A stretch of 64,000 bases of DNA from Gaiellaceae bacterium (GTDB taxonomy: Bacteria; Actinomycetota; Thermoleophilia; Gaiellales; Gaiellaceae), in the NCBI GenBank assembly GCA_038910715.1, contig JBCKBY010000001.1, forward strand, positions 13,009 through 77,008. Direction: 5' to 3'. Below, one piece after another: positions 63,687-64,000 of this stretch. The position numbers and the translations under genes are program-made. Position 1 is the first letter of the stretch. Each line of letters starts with the position of its first letter. The notes under the pieces are model-generated. The model was given only the letters and a program-made list of their open reading frames with translations. It was not told where the DNA came from and ran no database searches.

Positions 63687-64000
63687 GCCTGATCATCCGG
63701 ATCGAAGACGAGCTCAAGGCTGCACGTCTCGCGCGCGACGAGGATCGCCGCGATGCGCTCAGCCTCGTTCTCAATTCGCTGCAGGGTGCGCAGAAGGAGC
63801 TCCAGCGCCCGCTCTCGGACGACGAGGAGCTCCAGGTACTCCAGCGCGAGCGCAAGCGTCGGCTCGAGGCGGCCGAGGCGTTCCGCGCGGGCGGTCGCGA
63901 GGAGCAGGCCGAAGACGAGGAGTACGAGCTCGAGATCCTCGAGGAGTTCATGCCCGAGCCGCTCTCCGAGGAGGAGATCGAGGAGATCATCGACGACGTC
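63683..64000 (+). CDS. GatB/YqeY-domain protein, 3' end outside window
   Basis: Not in the ORF track because it has no stop in the window. My translation from GTG 63683 (GTGA overlap with the HIT stop) is MSLIIRIEDELKAARLARDEDRRDALSLVLNSLQGAQKE...EEFMPEPLSEEEIEEIIDDV, which is YqeY-like. Confidence 0.7.
   Translation, partial: MSLIIRIEDELKAARLARDEDRRDALSLVLNSLQGAQKELQRPLSDDEELQVLQRERKRRLEAAEAFRAGGREEQAEDEEYELEILEEFMPEPLSEEEIEEIIDDV

Overview
Very high-GC, gene-dense chromosomal segment with about 57 protein genes. I found no rRNA, tRNA, CRISPR array, transposase or integrase. The gene content is fused FO synthase fbiC, three LLM-type (F420-class) oxidoreductases, many acyl-CoA enzymes, and the Gram-positive synteny comEA-comEC-holA-rpsT...lepA-hemW...hrcA-dnaJ-prmA-mtaB. 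This points to a deep-branching actinobacterium-like organism, which is an inference. Left to right the window holds: potABCD-like polyamine importer plus class-III aminotransferase; a truncated cyclase next to an orphan egtB; a MacB-type ABC ATPase with two giant FtsX permeases, the first frameshifted; CoA-transferase, DedA, DsrE-like and DUF255 genes; a Phd/VapC module; LLM, PepF and an orphan LivJ-like binding protein; a lipid/acyl-CoA block of ACADs, SDR, quinone oxidoreductase, crotonase and a frameshifted acyl-CoA synthetase; livGFHM-J directly followed by fbiC; a second VapBC module with lysA; leuS; and the competence/replication/translation housekeeping block. Observations most worth follow-up: (1) an orphan 827-aa, cysteine-rich TadG-like surface protein inserted between hemW and hrcA, whose conserved N-terminus lies upstream of any canonical start codon; (2) a roughly 78-nt two-hairpin intergenic repeat in three copies with compensatory base changes; (3) four 21-bp AT-rich operator-like sites at two unrelated loci, with 14 of 21 positions invariant; (4) a terminator-type leader with a Leu-Leu mini-ORF upstream of leuS; (5) two genes, vapC and prmA, whose conserved N-termini begin at a CTG overlapping the upstream stop codon as CTGA; (6) two single-base frameshifts and a 5'-truncated LipJ-like cyclase. 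I cannot point to a clear multi-gene novel system such as a defence island. All coordinates were derived by hand from the sequence and the ORF track. Nothing was computed or searched.
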